Below, piece after piece: positions 18,800 through 27,875 of a stretch of 64,000 nucleotides of DNA (within the stretch, counting starts at the first letter, position 1; every line of letters begins with the position of its first letter). The notes under the pieces were generated by a model, which made no database searches, had not been told where the DNA came from, and saw only the letters and a list, made by a program, of their open reading frames with translations. The translations under genes and the position numbers were made by a program. This DNA comes from an uncultured Chloroflexota bacterium (GTDB taxonomy: Bacteria; Chloroflexota; UBA11872; UBA12225), in assembly GCA_902805635.1 (NCBI GenBank), contig CADCTC010000312.1, positions 1,774 to 65,773 on the forward strand. Reading direction: 5' to 3'.

Positions 18800-19129
18800 A
18801 TGACGGAGCGGCGTCGTGTGCCGCGAAAACACAGTAGTGCGAGCGCGACTCTGGCTTGGAGTCGGTTTGCACAGCGGGCCAAGACGCTGCCTTTGCTCGG
18901 GCACATTGCGCGCTGGTACGTTCGGCGGCCATTCCTCACGTCCTGGCTGCTGCTGGCTGCCGGCATGGTCCTGCTCATGACGCTGTTCAGCCTGGACGCT
19001 GGGCTCACATCGCGTGAGTACACCGCCATTGCCGTCGCCACCGTTGCGCTGGCGTGGCTGTGCGTCTGGATCGTGTTCCTGGAAGAAGATGAGCCGGGCA
19101 ACCTGGACGCGGAGCCACCAGACGCGTGA
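18800..19129 (+). CDS. small (109 aa) two-TM membrane protein, first gene of the polysaccharide cluster
   Basis: Translation from the internal ATG at 18800: MTERRRVPRK...FLTSWLLLAAGMVLLMTLF...IAVATVALAWLCVWIVFL. The stop overlaps the GTG of the next gene (GTGA at 19126). Confidence 0.5.
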   Translation: MTERRRVPRKHSSASATLAWSRFAQRAKTLPLLGHIARWYVRRPFLTSWLLLAAGMVLLMTLFSLDAGLTSREYTAIAVATVALAWLCVWIVFLEEDEPGNLDAEPPDA

Positions 19130-20109
19130 CTGCTCCGCATCCGTCCGACCCTTCCCGGCCGCGGCGCCTGCGCGTCAGCCTGGTCATCCCCACGTATAAC
19201 GGCGCGCACCTGCTAACCACTTGTCTGGCTGCCGTCGCTCGACAGACGCGGCGCCCGGACGAGACCGTCGTGGTGGACGACGCTTCTACCGATGGCACCG
19301 CCGAGCTGCTGGCAGGGCGCTTCCCGTGGGTCCGAGTCGTGCGCCACAAGCGCAACACCAACTTTGTGGGGGCGGTGAACACCGGCATCCAGGAAACGGG
19401 CGGCGAGATCGTCGTGCTGCTCAACAACGACACTGAGCCCGAGCCCGGCTGGCTGGCGGCGTTGGTGGCGCCGCTGGAGGCGGACCCGTCGCTCGGCGCC
19501 ACCGCGTCCAAGCTGCTTCTGTTCGACAGACGCGACTACCTCCACTCGGCAGGCGACGCCTTTTCACCCGGCGGCGTGCCATTCAACCGCGGCGCATGGA
19601 CACGTGACGTGGGGCAGTTCGATGCGCTGACCGACGTCTTCGGCGCATGCGGTGGCGCCGCTGCCTACCGGCGCAGCGCGCTAGTAGAGGTGGGCGGATT
19701 TGAGGGCTGGCTGGTGTCCTACCTGGAAGATGTGGACCTCAGCTGGCGCCTGCAGCTGAAGGGGTATGGCTGCCGCTTCGTGCCCCAGGCACGCGTCTAC
19801 CACGTGGTTAGTGCAACGGAAGGCAGCCTGCGCTCCAGCTACTACTGTGGCCGGAACTTCCTGCTGGTGGTCGCCAGCGACGTACCCGGCCCGCTGCTGC
19901 GCAAGCATTGGCGCGCCGTCGTCCGTGAGCACGGCGCTCTAGTAGTCGACGCGGTACGCCATGCGCGCGAGCCGGCCGCACGTGCACGGCTCCGTGGGTA
20001 TGCCTCTGGCATCTTAGCGTTGCCGGCGGCGCTGCGCCGCCGGCAACGCGTGCAGGCTAGCCGGCGCGTGCCCATCGAACGGCTCGAGCAACTCCTGACC
20101 AGGCGCTGA
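19126..20109 (+). CDS. family-2 glycosyltransferase
   Basis: VSLVIPTYNGAHLL, VVVDDASTDGT, LLNNDTEPEPGWL, GACGGAAAYRR, EDVDLSWR. Confidence 0.85.
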   Translation: MTAPHPSDPSRPRRLRVSLVIPTYNGAHLLTTCLAAVARQTRRPDETVVVDDASTDGTAELLAGRFPWVRVVRHKRNTNFVGAVNTGIQETGGEIVVLLNNDTEPEPGWLAALVAPLEADPSLGATASKLLLFDRRDYLHSAGDAFSPGGVPFNRGAWTRDVGQFDALTDVFGACGGAAAYRRSALVEVGGFEGWLVSYLEDVDLSWRLQLKGYGCRFVPQARVYHVVSATEGSLRSSYYCGRNFLLVVASDVPGPLLRKHWRAVVREHGALVVDAVRHAREPAARARLRGYASGILALPAALRRRQRVQASRRVPIERLEQLLTRR

Positions 20110-20146
20110 CCAACGCGCAGAATCATCGTTACACTGATCACGACGC

Positions 20147-20521
20147 ATGTCCTTCTTTGGGCGCCTGGCTCGTACGTTGTTTGGCGGCGGAAGCGGTGGA
20201 GCGCAGGCCGAAGACTCGGCCGGCAATAATGCGTTCTGGCTGTACGTCCGGTGCGATGCGTGTGGTGAGACCATTCGGGTCCGCATCCATCGCGAGCACG
20301 ATCTGTCCGCCGACTACGACGATGGCGATGCCGCCGCGTCCTACCACACCCACAAAGAGATCGTCGGTCGTAATTGCTTCCGGCGTGTGAAGGTGGACCT
20401 CTCATTCAACGCGCAGCGCCAGGTCTCTGAGCGGCGCATTGACGGCGGAGCGTTCATTAGCCGCGCGGAGTACGAGGCGGCCCAGGCAGCCCCGGCGCTT
20501 GATCCGAGCACCGGCAACTGA
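20147..20521 (+). CDS. conserved-looking hypothetical protein (124 aa) with one CxxC pair
   Basis: MSFFGRLARTLFGG...FWLYVRCDACGETIRVRIHREHDL...GRNCFRRVKVDLSF. Embedded in the glycosyltransferase cluster. I cannot name a family. Confidence 0.55.
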   Translation: MSFFGRLARTLFGGGSGGAQAEDSAGNNAFWLYVRCDACGETIRVRIHREHDLSADYDDGDAAASYHTHKEIVGRNCFRRVKVDLSFNAQRQVSERRIDGGAFISRAEYEAAQAAPALDPSTGN

Positions 20522-20524
20522 CGC

Positions 20525-21997
20525 GTGGCGGTCTACTCACCGGGCCTAGCGAGCACACCGGCACGCGCCGCAGCCGGGGCCACGTCGCGAACCCGCCCCG
20601 GTCGGTGGCGGGGGCCGGCAACCATCGCTGCCGGCGCGTCGGGAGCGGTAGCGCTTGGCTGGCTGAGCGCGCAGTGGTCGCCCATCGTGGCGGGTGCCCT
20701 CGTCGTCGGCCTCAGCGCGGCCGCGCTGGCGCTGCGCAACGCGACGGCAGCATTGATGCTGTTGCTGGCGGTCGTCGCCCTGCTGCCGTTCGGGGTTCCG
20801 CCACTCCGCATTGGTGTCTCGCCGACATTCCTGGACCTGGCGACGGCGCTTGTGTTCCTGCTCTGGCTGGCGGACGCGGCGCGACGGCGCGTCACGGTAT
20901 GGATGCCGGTGCCCGCGGTTGTCATGGCTGCGTACGCCGCGCAGCTGGTGGTGGCGTACGTCTTCTCTCCTGACCCGCTGCGCCCCGACGAGACCGCGCG
21001 TACGTTCGCCAAGCTCGTCGCGGCCCATCTGGTGCTGCTGCCGGTCCTGACCCTGGTGCAGACGCGTGCGCGCGCTGCGTGGATCACGCACGGGCTCGTC
21101 TGCATGGCAGCACTCGAGGCCGCGGTCGCTATCGCGCTCTACGTGGCGCCGCGCAACCTCGCGTACCGTGCGCTTTCAGCGCTGACGGCGCTCGGGTACC
21201 CCGGCGGGGAAGGTGTCCTGCGGTACCGGCCAGACAGCGAGATCCTGCGTGCCAACGGCACGGCCGTCGATCCCAACATGCTCGGCGCGCTATTGCTGAT
21301 TGCCGGAGCCATCGCTGGCGTGCAGCTGGTCGCTCAGCGCCCGCTCGTACCACGCCGGTGGATCGCGGCCGCTCTGGCGCCGATTTGCCTCTGTCTGCTG
21401 TTAACCGAGTCTCGCGGCGCGTGGCTGGGGTTAGCCGGCGGCGTGGTGCTCATTGGCGGCCTCAAGTACCGGCGCCTGTGGCTGGCCTTTGGCGCGCTTG
21501 CAGGGGTCGCGTTAGCTACCCCACAGGCAGCGCGATTCACGGGCCATTTGTTCTCCGGCCTGCGTGCCCAAGACCGCGCTGCATCCATGCGCCTGGGAGA
21601 GATTGAGAATGCGCTCGCCATCATCGCGCGTCACCCATGGTTCGGCATCGGCTGGGGCCAGGGTGGTGATTCGATCGAGCTTGAGTTCACCATCGGCGTC
21701 TCCAATGTGTTCCTGACCGTAGCCGAGCGGTCCGGCCTGCCGGCCATGCTTCTCTTTTGTCTGTGCTGGCTCGCAGTTGGGCTCGGTCTCATTCCCGCGC
21801 TGCGCGCGCGTCTGCATGCGACGGACGACGACGGACTGCTGATCGGTTTGACAGCCGCGCTGGCCGGTGCCGCCATCGCCGGCATGGTGGACCACCACTT
21901 CGTGCGCTTCCCCCACCTCGTGACCCTGCTCTGGCTAGTGGCGGCCCTGGCGCTTGTCACCGCACGGTTCGATGAGCGATCGATGACCACGTCGTGA
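20525..21997 (+). CDS. O-antigen ligase/polymerase-family (Wzy_C-like) polytopic membrane protein
   Basis: Ten or more hydrophobic segments. The characteristic LLLTESRGAWLGLAGG loop is followed by a periplasmic loop and further TM segments. Confidence 0.75.
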   Translation: MAVYSPGLASTPARAAAGATSRTRPGRWRGPATIAAGASGAVALGWLSAQWSPIVAGALVVGLSAAALALRNATAALMLLLAVVALLPFGVPPLRIGVSPTFLDLATALVFLLWLADAARRRVTVWMPVPAVVMAAYAAQLVVAYVFSPDPLRPDETARTFAKLVAAHLVLLPVLTLVQTRARAAWITHGLVCMAALEAAVAIALYVAPRNLAYRALSALTALGYPGGEGVLRYRPDSEILRANGTAVDPNMLGALLLIAGAIAGVQLVAQRPLVPRRWIAAALAPICLCLLLTESRGAWLGLAGGVVLIGGLKYRRLWLAFGALAGVALATPQAARFTGHLFSGLRAQDRAASMRLGEIENALAIIARHPWFGIGWGQGGDSIELEFTIGVSNVFLTVAERSGLPAMLLFCLCWLAVGLGLIPALRARLHATDDDGLLIGLTAALAGAAIAGMVDHHFVRFPHLVTLLWLVAALALVTARFDERSMTTS

Positions 21998-22001
21998 AGC
22001 C

Positions 22002-23123
22002 ATGACGACGCGCCTCGTGCTCGACGGCCGCCTGCTGCACTACAACCAGACCGGCATTGGGCGCTACCTCCGCCACTTGTACACCGCGATGGCGCGTGTG
22101 GCGGCACAGGACGGCCTGCCCGCACGCGCTGAGCTTATCGTCGCGTACCACCGCAAGGACCAGGAGCGGAGCCTCGCCCGCGCCTGGCCGCGCGCCGCTA
22201 CCACGCACACTCCCGCGCATCACCCGCTGGAGCGATGGGCGCTCGCCGCCGAGCTGATACACCTGGGACCGGCGCTGCTCCACGCACCGGACCATGTCTG
22301 TCCGCAGCCGCTTGGCTGGCGAACCGTGCTCACCGTCCACGACCTGGCATTCTGGCGCATGCCGCACAGTCATTCAGTCGCAAGCCGCGCCTATTACTCG
22401 GGTCTACGACGCAGCGCCGAGCAGGCCACGCGCATCATCTGTGTCTCCGACGCGACCAGGGCCGATCTGCTGGGGTACACGGGGATCTCCGCAGACAAGG
22501 TGCGGGTCGTCCACGAAGCGGCCGACCCGGTCTTTGCCCGGGCGGAGGCGGCGCCCTCCAGGCATGCGAGCGAACGACAGTACTTCGTTATGGTGGGCAC
22601 TATCGAGCCACGCAAGAACGTTGACACCGCCGTGCGCGCCATGGCCGGCCTGGTGGCGGGACGGGCCGCCGATGACCGGCCGGAATTGATCGTCGTCGGG
22701 TCCGACGGTGTCGGCGCCGCTGCAACCAAGAGCTTGCCCGACCAACTTGGCATACCGGGCGACGTCCGCTTCGTCGGTCCACAGTCCGCCCAGGAGGTGG
22801 CCGCGCTCTACCGCGGCGCGCAGGCGCTCCTGTATCCGTCGCTGCTGGAAGGGTTTGGCCTGCCGATCTTGGAGGCGATGGCCTGCGGCGCCCCGGTCAT
22901 TACCTCCGACCGGTCCAGCATGGCCGAGGTGGCCGGCGACGCGGCGGCGCTGGTTGACCCGGAGGATGTGGGCTCGGTCGAAGGAGCGATGCGCCGGGTG
23001 CTGGACGACGGCGCGTTTCGAGACACGTTGGTACAGAGGGGCGCGCGGCGCACGGCCCAATTCACCTGGGAGCGGGCCGCGCGAGAGACACTCGCGGTGT
23101 TCGCCGAGGCGCTCGAATCGTGA
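22002..23123 (+). CDS. family-4 (GT-B) glycosyltransferase
   Basis: YPSLLEGFGLPILEAMACGAPVITSDRSSMAEVAGDAA (E-x7-E type motif), 373 aa. Confidence 0.85.
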   Translation: MTTRLVLDGRLLHYNQTGIGRYLRHLYTAMARVAAQDGLPARAELIVAYHRKDQERSLARAWPRAATTHTPAHHPLERWALAAELIHLGPALLHAPDHVCPQPLGWRTVLTVHDLAFWRMPHSHSVASRAYYSGLRRSAEQATRIICVSDATRADLLGYTGISADKVRVVHEAADPVFARAEAAPSRHASERQYFVMVGTIEPRKNVDTAVRAMAGLVAGRAADDRPELIVVGSDGVGAAATKSLPDQLGIPGDVRFVGPQSAQEVAALYRGAQALLYPSLLEGFGLPILEAMACGAPVITSDRSSMAEVAGDAAALVDPEDVGSVEGAMRRVLDDGAFRDTLVQRGARRTAQFTWERAARETLAVFAEALES

Positions 23124-25294
23124 GGCTGCTGTTCGTCACACCGCAGGCGCCGTGGCCGCCGGCGCAGGGCACCACCCTGCGCAACTTCCACCTACTCAAG
23201 GCAGCGGCGTCTCAGCACGTGGTGGACCTGCTCACGTTTGGCGAGCATACGCCGCCTGAGCTTTCTGTACTGTGCCGCGCGGTTCACGTCGTGCCCCAGC
23301 CGCTGCGCAGCAGTGTCGCGCGGCTGAGAGACCTGGCGTTCGGCCACGCCGACATGGAGCGTCGCCTATGGTCGCCGTCGTTCGCCGCGCGGCTGGAGCA
23401 ACTGCTTCACAGCGGCTCGTATGACGCCGTCCAGCTAGAAGGCTTCGAAGTGGCGGCCTACCTTCTCGGACCGGCCGCGCTGCGCCGTGAGGCGCGTGAC
23501 GACTCGCGGAGGCTGCCTTTTCTCATCTTCGACGACCACAATGCCGAATACCGGCTTCAGCAGTCGGCGGCGCGAATCGACGCGACAGATCCACGTAAGT
23601 GGCCGCGCGCCGCGTATTCACTCGTCCAGGCGCGACGGCTGCGGCGCCGTGAAGCGCTCTACGTGTGCGCCGCCGACCTGAGTATCGCCGTGTCCCGCGA
23701 GGACGCGAGCGCGCTTACGCAGATCGCTCCCGGCGTCACTCCCCTGGTTGTGCCGAACGGTGTCGACTGCGCCTCGTTCCCTCCGCCCGCGCCGAGTACG
23801 ACGCCCACCATCTTCTTCGCCGGCAAGCTTGACTATCGCCCGAACGTGGATGCCTGTGAGTGGCTCGTCAAGCACATCTTGCCACTGGTGCAGCCACACG
23901 TCCCACACCTCAAAGTGATTTTGGCGGGACGCGACCCTTCCTCCGCGGTGCGCCACTTGGCTGGTCCCGCAGTAGAGGTCACTGGCGCGTTGGACGACGT
24001 CGCGCTGGCGAGCCTGCGATCCCGCGCGTGGGTCTACGCCGTGCCCATGCGCATGGGCTCTGGGGTTCGATTCAAGACGCTGGAGGCAATGGCTGCCCGC
24101 ATCCCGGTGGTGTCTACCCCCCTTGGCGCTTCCGGGAGCGGCGCGATCGACGGCCGGCACGCCCTGCTCGCCGATGATGCGGGGTCGTTCGCTGCTGCGC
24201 TTGTGCGGGCATTGACCGAGCCGGACCTCCGCCGGTCGCTCACCGCCGCCGCCCGCGCGCTTGCGGAACGTGAGCACGACTGGTCGCACATCACGCCACG
24301 CCTCCTCGCTGCGTTTCGCCACCTGGCGCGGCCTAGAGCCACATCGGTCAGCGTCCTTGCCACCGTCCTGAATGAGTGCCAGAACGTCCCCCGTCTTGCT
24401 CGCTCGCTTGGCGCGCAGACTCGCGCGCCCGAAGACATCGTCGTCGTTGACGGCGGCTCCACCGACGGCACCCCAGGCGCCCTGCACTCGGAGTTGCCGG
24501 CAGCGCGGGTGGACGTTCTGCCCGGCGCCAACATCTCCGCCGGGCGCAACCGCGCGGTACGCTTGGCGGCGCACCCGGTCGTCGCGGCCACCGATGCGGG
24601 CGTCGACCTGCACCCGCGGTGGCTGGAGCTCATCACGAAACCGTTGGAAGAGACCGGGGCGGAAGTACAGGCCGCGAGCGGCTTTTTCGTCTCGGCTCCA
24701 CAGAGCACGTGGGAGCTCGCGCTCGGTGCCACCACCTTGCCCGACGTGGCGGAGATCGACCCTACCCGGTTCCTTCCCTCCAGCCGGTCGCTGGCTTTCC
24801 GGCGCGACGCATGGCAGGCCGCCGGCGCGTATCCGGAGTGGCTGGACTACTGCGAGGATCTGGTGTTCGACTTGGCGCTCATCGCGCGCTGTGGGCGCCC
24901 GCGCTTCGCGCCGCGCGCAGTGGCGCGTTTCCGGCCGCGCACGACTCCGACCGCGTTCTTCGTGCAGTACTACCGCTACGCTCGCGGCGACGGCAAGGCT
25001 GACCTCTGGCGCAAGCGGCACATCATCCGCTATGTCACGTATGCCGCGGGAAGCGCGCTGAGCTGGCGTGTCATCCGTCGTGGCGACCCTGCCGCCGCTT
25101 TGGCGCTTCTTGTAGGGGGGGCAGCCTACCTGAAAACGCCGTTCGCGCGTTTGTCAAACCAGGCGGAGACGCTGCGTGCCTTTGTGAGCGCCGCGTCGCT
25201 GGTCCCGTTCGTCCGGCTGACCGGCGACGTGGCCAAGATGCTTGGATACCCGGTTGGAATCTTATGGCGATTGCGGAACCGCGCCAGCGACTGA
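23120..25294 (+). CDS. fused glycosyltransferase: N-terminal GT4 (GT-B) plus C-terminal GT2 (GT-A), 724 aa
   Basis: N-terminal half: MRMGSGVRFKTLEAMAARIPVVSTPLGASG. C-terminal half: VSVLATVLNECQNV..., IVVVDGGSTDGT, ATDAGVDL, CEDLVFDL. 4-nt overlap with the preceding gene. Confidence 0.8.
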   Translation: MRLLFVTPQAPWPPAQGTTLRNFHLLKAAASQHVVDLLTFGEHTPPELSVLCRAVHVVPQPLRSSVARLRDLAFGHADMERRLWSPSFAARLEQLLHSGSYDAVQLEGFEVAAYLLGPAALRREARDDSRRLPFLIFDDHNAEYRLQQSAARIDATDPRKWPRAAYSLVQARRLRRREALYVCAADLSIAVSREDASALTQIAPGVTPLVVPNGVDCASFPPPAPSTTPTIFFAGKLDYRPNVDACEWLVKHILPLVQPHVPHLKVILAGRDPSSAVRHLAGPAVEVTGALDDVALASLRSRAWVYAVPMRMGSGVRFKTLEAMAARIPVVSTPLGASGSGAIDGRHALLADDAGSFAAALVRALTEPDLRRSLTAAARALAEREHDWSHITPRLLAAFRHLARPRATSVSVLATVLNECQNVPRLARSLGAQTRAPEDIVVVDGGSTDGTPGALHSELPAARVDVLPGANISAGRNRAVRLAAHPVVAATDAGVDLHPRWLELITKPLEETGAEVQAASGFFVSAPQSTWELALGATTLPDVAEIDPTRFLPSSRSLAFRRDAWQAAGAYPEWLDYCEDLVFDLALIARCGRPRFAPRAVARFRPRTTPTAFFVQYYRYARGDGKADLWRKRHIIRYVTYAAGSALSWRVIRRGDPAAALALLVGGAAYLKTPFARLSNQAETLRAFVSAASLVPFVRLTGDVAKMLGYPVGILWRLRNRASD

Positions 25295-26199
25295 TCAACC
25301 TGCCATCAGGCGGCGATCCCCCACACCTCTCGGTAGTGGTGGTAACGCACAATGTGCGCCGGCTCCTGGTTGACTGTCTCACGTCGGTGGTGGCTAGCGT
25401 GTCGCCGTTCACGTTCGAAGTGGCAGTGGTGGACAGCGGCAGCGACGGCAGTGCCGCGCTGGTGCGGCGGGAGTTCCCTTCCGTCAAAGTGATCGATGCG
25501 CCGGAGAACCCCGGCTACGCTGCGGCCAACAATCTGGGACTCCGCCAGGCGGCCGGACGATTCTGCCTGCTGCTGAACCCCGATACCGTCGTGCCGCCCG
25601 ATGCCTTCGCCCGTACCGTGGCCGCTATGGAGGCGGACCCGTCAATCGGCGTACTGGGACCAAAGCTGGTGCGCGGCAGCGGCGCGCTGGACTTGGCGTG
25701 CCGCCGCTCTTTTCCAACGCCACGCAACGCGCTGTTCCACTTTATGCGGCTGCCCAAGTTGTTCCCGCGCAACAGGCGGTTCGGCGAATACAACCTCACG
25801 TACCGTGATCCCGATGAGGAGTACGACGTGGACTCGGTGGTAGGAGCCTACATGCTGCTGCGCCGCGAGGTGCTGGAGCACGTGGGCCTGCTGGACGAGA
25901 CGTTTTGGATGTACGGCGAGGACCTGGACCTCTGCCGCCGGTCAAAGCTGGCCGGCTGGCGCACGCGCTACTACCCGCATGTGCAGGTGCTGCACCTTAA
26001 GGGTGAGAGCAGCAAGGGGAGATCGCTGCGCTGCACGTATGAGTTCTTCCGTGCTATGCACGTCTTCTACGGTAAGCACTACGCGCCCGCCGCGTCCCCG
26101 ACTCAAAACGCCGTCGTGACCGCCGGCATCGTGCTGATTGGCGCCGCGTCACTGGCTATGGACCGGCTGCGCCCCGCGGTGCGCCGGCGCGTTTCGTAA
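25264..26199 (+). CDS. family-2 glycosyltransferase
   Basis: LSVVVVTHNVRRLL, AVVDSGSDGS, NPGYAAANNLG, LLLNPDT, MYGEDLDLCRR. With this start it overlaps the previous gene by 31 nt. Confidence 0.8.
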   Translation: MAIAEPRQRLINLPSGGDPPHLSVVVVTHNVRRLLVDCLTSVVASVSPFTFEVAVVDSGSDGSAALVRREFPSVKVIDAPENPGYAAANNLGLRQAAGRFCLLLNPDTVVPPDAFARTVAAMEADPSIGVLGPKLVRGSGALDLACRRSFPTPRNALFHFMRLPKLFPRNRRFGEYNLTYRDPDEEYDVDSVVGAYMLLRREVLEHVGLLDETFWMYGEDLDLCRRSKLAGWRTRYYPHVQVLHLKGESSKGRSLRCTYEFFRAMHVFYGKHYAPAASPTQNAVVTAGIVLIGAASLAMDRLRPAVRRRVS

Positions 26200-26240
26200 T
26201 TTGCGTACCATTTCTGATCGGAACAGGACGTAGCGCAACC

Positions 26241-27755
26241 GTGGCCGAGCCGCGCATTGTGGAGCTCCCCAGGCAGACAGCCGCCGAAACCGAGCCGATG
26301 CTCGCGCCGGCGCGGCAGCCTGACCCTGGGCCACAGCGCACCCCCCGCGCACGGCGCTTGCTCGAGTTCACGCTCTCGCCGTTCTTCGTCGCGTGCTCGG
26401 ACGTGCTCGCGATCGCCGCCGGGTTCTGGCTGGCGTACTTCGTCCGCTTTATCCTTGAGATCCCGGCAGCCCAAGAGATCCACAGCGCACGTGCCTACGC
26501 GGGGATGCTTGCCACGGCGACGCCTATCTTCCTGGTGTCCTTCACCGCCTACGGCCTTTACGAGCGCCGCAACCTCTCCAGCATCATCGATCAGCTGTTC
26601 CGCCTGGGCACCGCCGTGCTCATGGGGATGGTGGTCACGGTCGCCGTTTCGTCGTTCGTCGTGCGTGGCTGGCCGGACTACTCACGTCTGCTGCTCGGCT
26701 ACCTGTGGGTCGGCTGCACGCTCACTGCGTGCCTCGGACGCTACTTGTGGGTACTCTGGCGCGACTATCTTGCGAAGAGCGGCGCGGTGGTGCGCACGGC
26801 ACTCGTCGTGGGCGCGGGCGCGGCCGGTCAGCGCGTCGCCATGCACTTCAAATGCGCGCCGGAGCTCGGCTACCGCGCAATCGGGTTCCTGGACGATACG
26901 CTGCCCGCCGGCGCCACCATCGCCGGTCTCCCGGTGGTGGGCCGCATCGGGGACCTGGACGCGGCGCTTGCGCGCTGCCGGCCAAACGACCTGGTGCTCG
27001 CCGACCCAACGCTGAACGACCACGAGCTTCTGGAGATCGTGAACCGGTGCGAGGGCCAACCGGTGACCGTCCGCGTCTACCCGGACATCTTCCAGATGTT
27101 GGTGACCGAGGCGTCGCTGGTCAACCTCCGTGGCCTCCAACTGCTGGGTCTGCACGCGACCGAGTTGCAGGTCTGGCAGCGCACGCTCAAGCGCTTGTTC
27201 GACGTCGCCTTCGCGTCGGCTGTGCTGGTGCTGGCGTCGCCGCTGTTCCTGCTCATCGCGCTGCTGGTGAAGATGGATTCGCCCGGCCCGGTCTTCTATA
27301 GCCAGGAACGCGTCGGGCAGGACGGCAAGCGCTTCCACGCCATAAAGTTCCGATCCATGGTGCAGGACGCGGAGACCGTCACGGGCCGCTTCTGGACCGT
27401 TCCCGGCGACTCGCGCCGCACCCGCTTGGGCAAGTGGCTGCGCCGGTTTTCGCTCGACGAGCTGCCGCAGTTCGTCAACGTATTGGTCGGGGACATGAGC
27501 GTGGTGGGTCCCCGGCCGGAGCGACCCATGTTCGTGGCGCAGTTCAGCGAGCTAGTGCCGGACTATCTGCGCCGTCTGCGTGTCAAGGCCGGTCTCACCG
27601 GCTGGGCGCAAGTGAACGGCTTGCGCGGCGACGTCTCGATAGAGGAGCGCACCAAGTACGACCTCTATTACGTGGACAAGTGGTCACTCTGGCTGGACAT
27701 CAAGATCATCTTCCGCACCACCGTTCTGGTCCTGCGCGACCCGTCCGCCTACTGA
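26241..27755 (+). CDS. polyprenyl-phosphate glycosyl-phosphotransferase (WbaP/exopolysaccharide priming 'bacterial sugar transferase')
   Basis: N-terminal TM segments plus a central Rossmann-like region. C-terminal part: KRLFDVAFASAVLVLASPLFLLIALLVKMDSPGPVFYSQERVG, KFRSM, DELPQFVNVLVGDMSVVGPRPERP. Confidence 0.85.
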   Translation: MAEPRIVELPRQTAAETEPMLAPARQPDPGPQRTPRARRLLEFTLSPFFVACSDVLAIAAGFWLAYFVRFILEIPAAQEIHSARAYAGMLATATPIFLVSFTAYGLYERRNLSSIIDQLFRLGTAVLMGMVVTVAVSSFVVRGWPDYSRLLLGYLWVGCTLTACLGRYLWVLWRDYLAKSGAVVRTALVVGAGAAGQRVAMHFKCAPELGYRAIGFLDDTLPAGATIAGLPVVGRIGDLDAALARCRPNDLVLADPTLNDHELLEIVNRCEGQPVTVRVYPDIFQMLVTEASLVNLRGLQLLGLHATELQVWQRTLKRLFDVAFASAVLVLASPLFLLIALLVKMDSPGPVFYSQERVGQDGKRFHAIKFRSMVQDAETVTGRFWTVPGDSRRTRLGKWLRRFSLDELPQFVNVLVGDMSVVGPRPERPMFVAQFSELVPDYLRRLRVKAGLTGWAQVNGLRGDVSIEERTKYDLYYVDKWSLWLDIKIIFRTTVLVLRDPSAY

Positions 27756-27835
27756 CGCGGGCCCTACTTGCGCTCCCCGCGCTGCGTACCCCCTTCTCAA
27801 CGGCAGCGTTGCCCTGGTATTCTGAGAGTACCGTC

Positions 27836-27862
27836 TTAGCACTCGCGGCGTGAGACTGCTAA
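27836..27862 (+). promoter_or_regulatory. CIRCE operator (HrcA binding site), one mismatch to consensus
   Basis: TTAGCACTC-gcggcgtga-GACTGCTAA versus consensus TTAGCACTC-N9-GAGTGCTAA. It ends 13 nt before the hrcA ATG. Confidence 0.8.
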
Positions 27863-27875
27863 CGACGAGCCAACT

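Noticed and set aside
23618-25021. Very long antisense or alternate-frame ORFs opposite confidently assigned genes. Examples: 23618..25021(-), 13390..14796(+), 31647..32729(-), 40316..41515(-), 45194..46267(-), 48194..49501(-), 50900..52339(-), 61075..62373(-).
   Set aside because: Stop codons are rare in high-GC DNA, so shadow ORFs are expected. Their translations are Arg/Pro/Gly/Ala-rich with no recognisable motifs, while the opposite or other frame carries clear family signatures.
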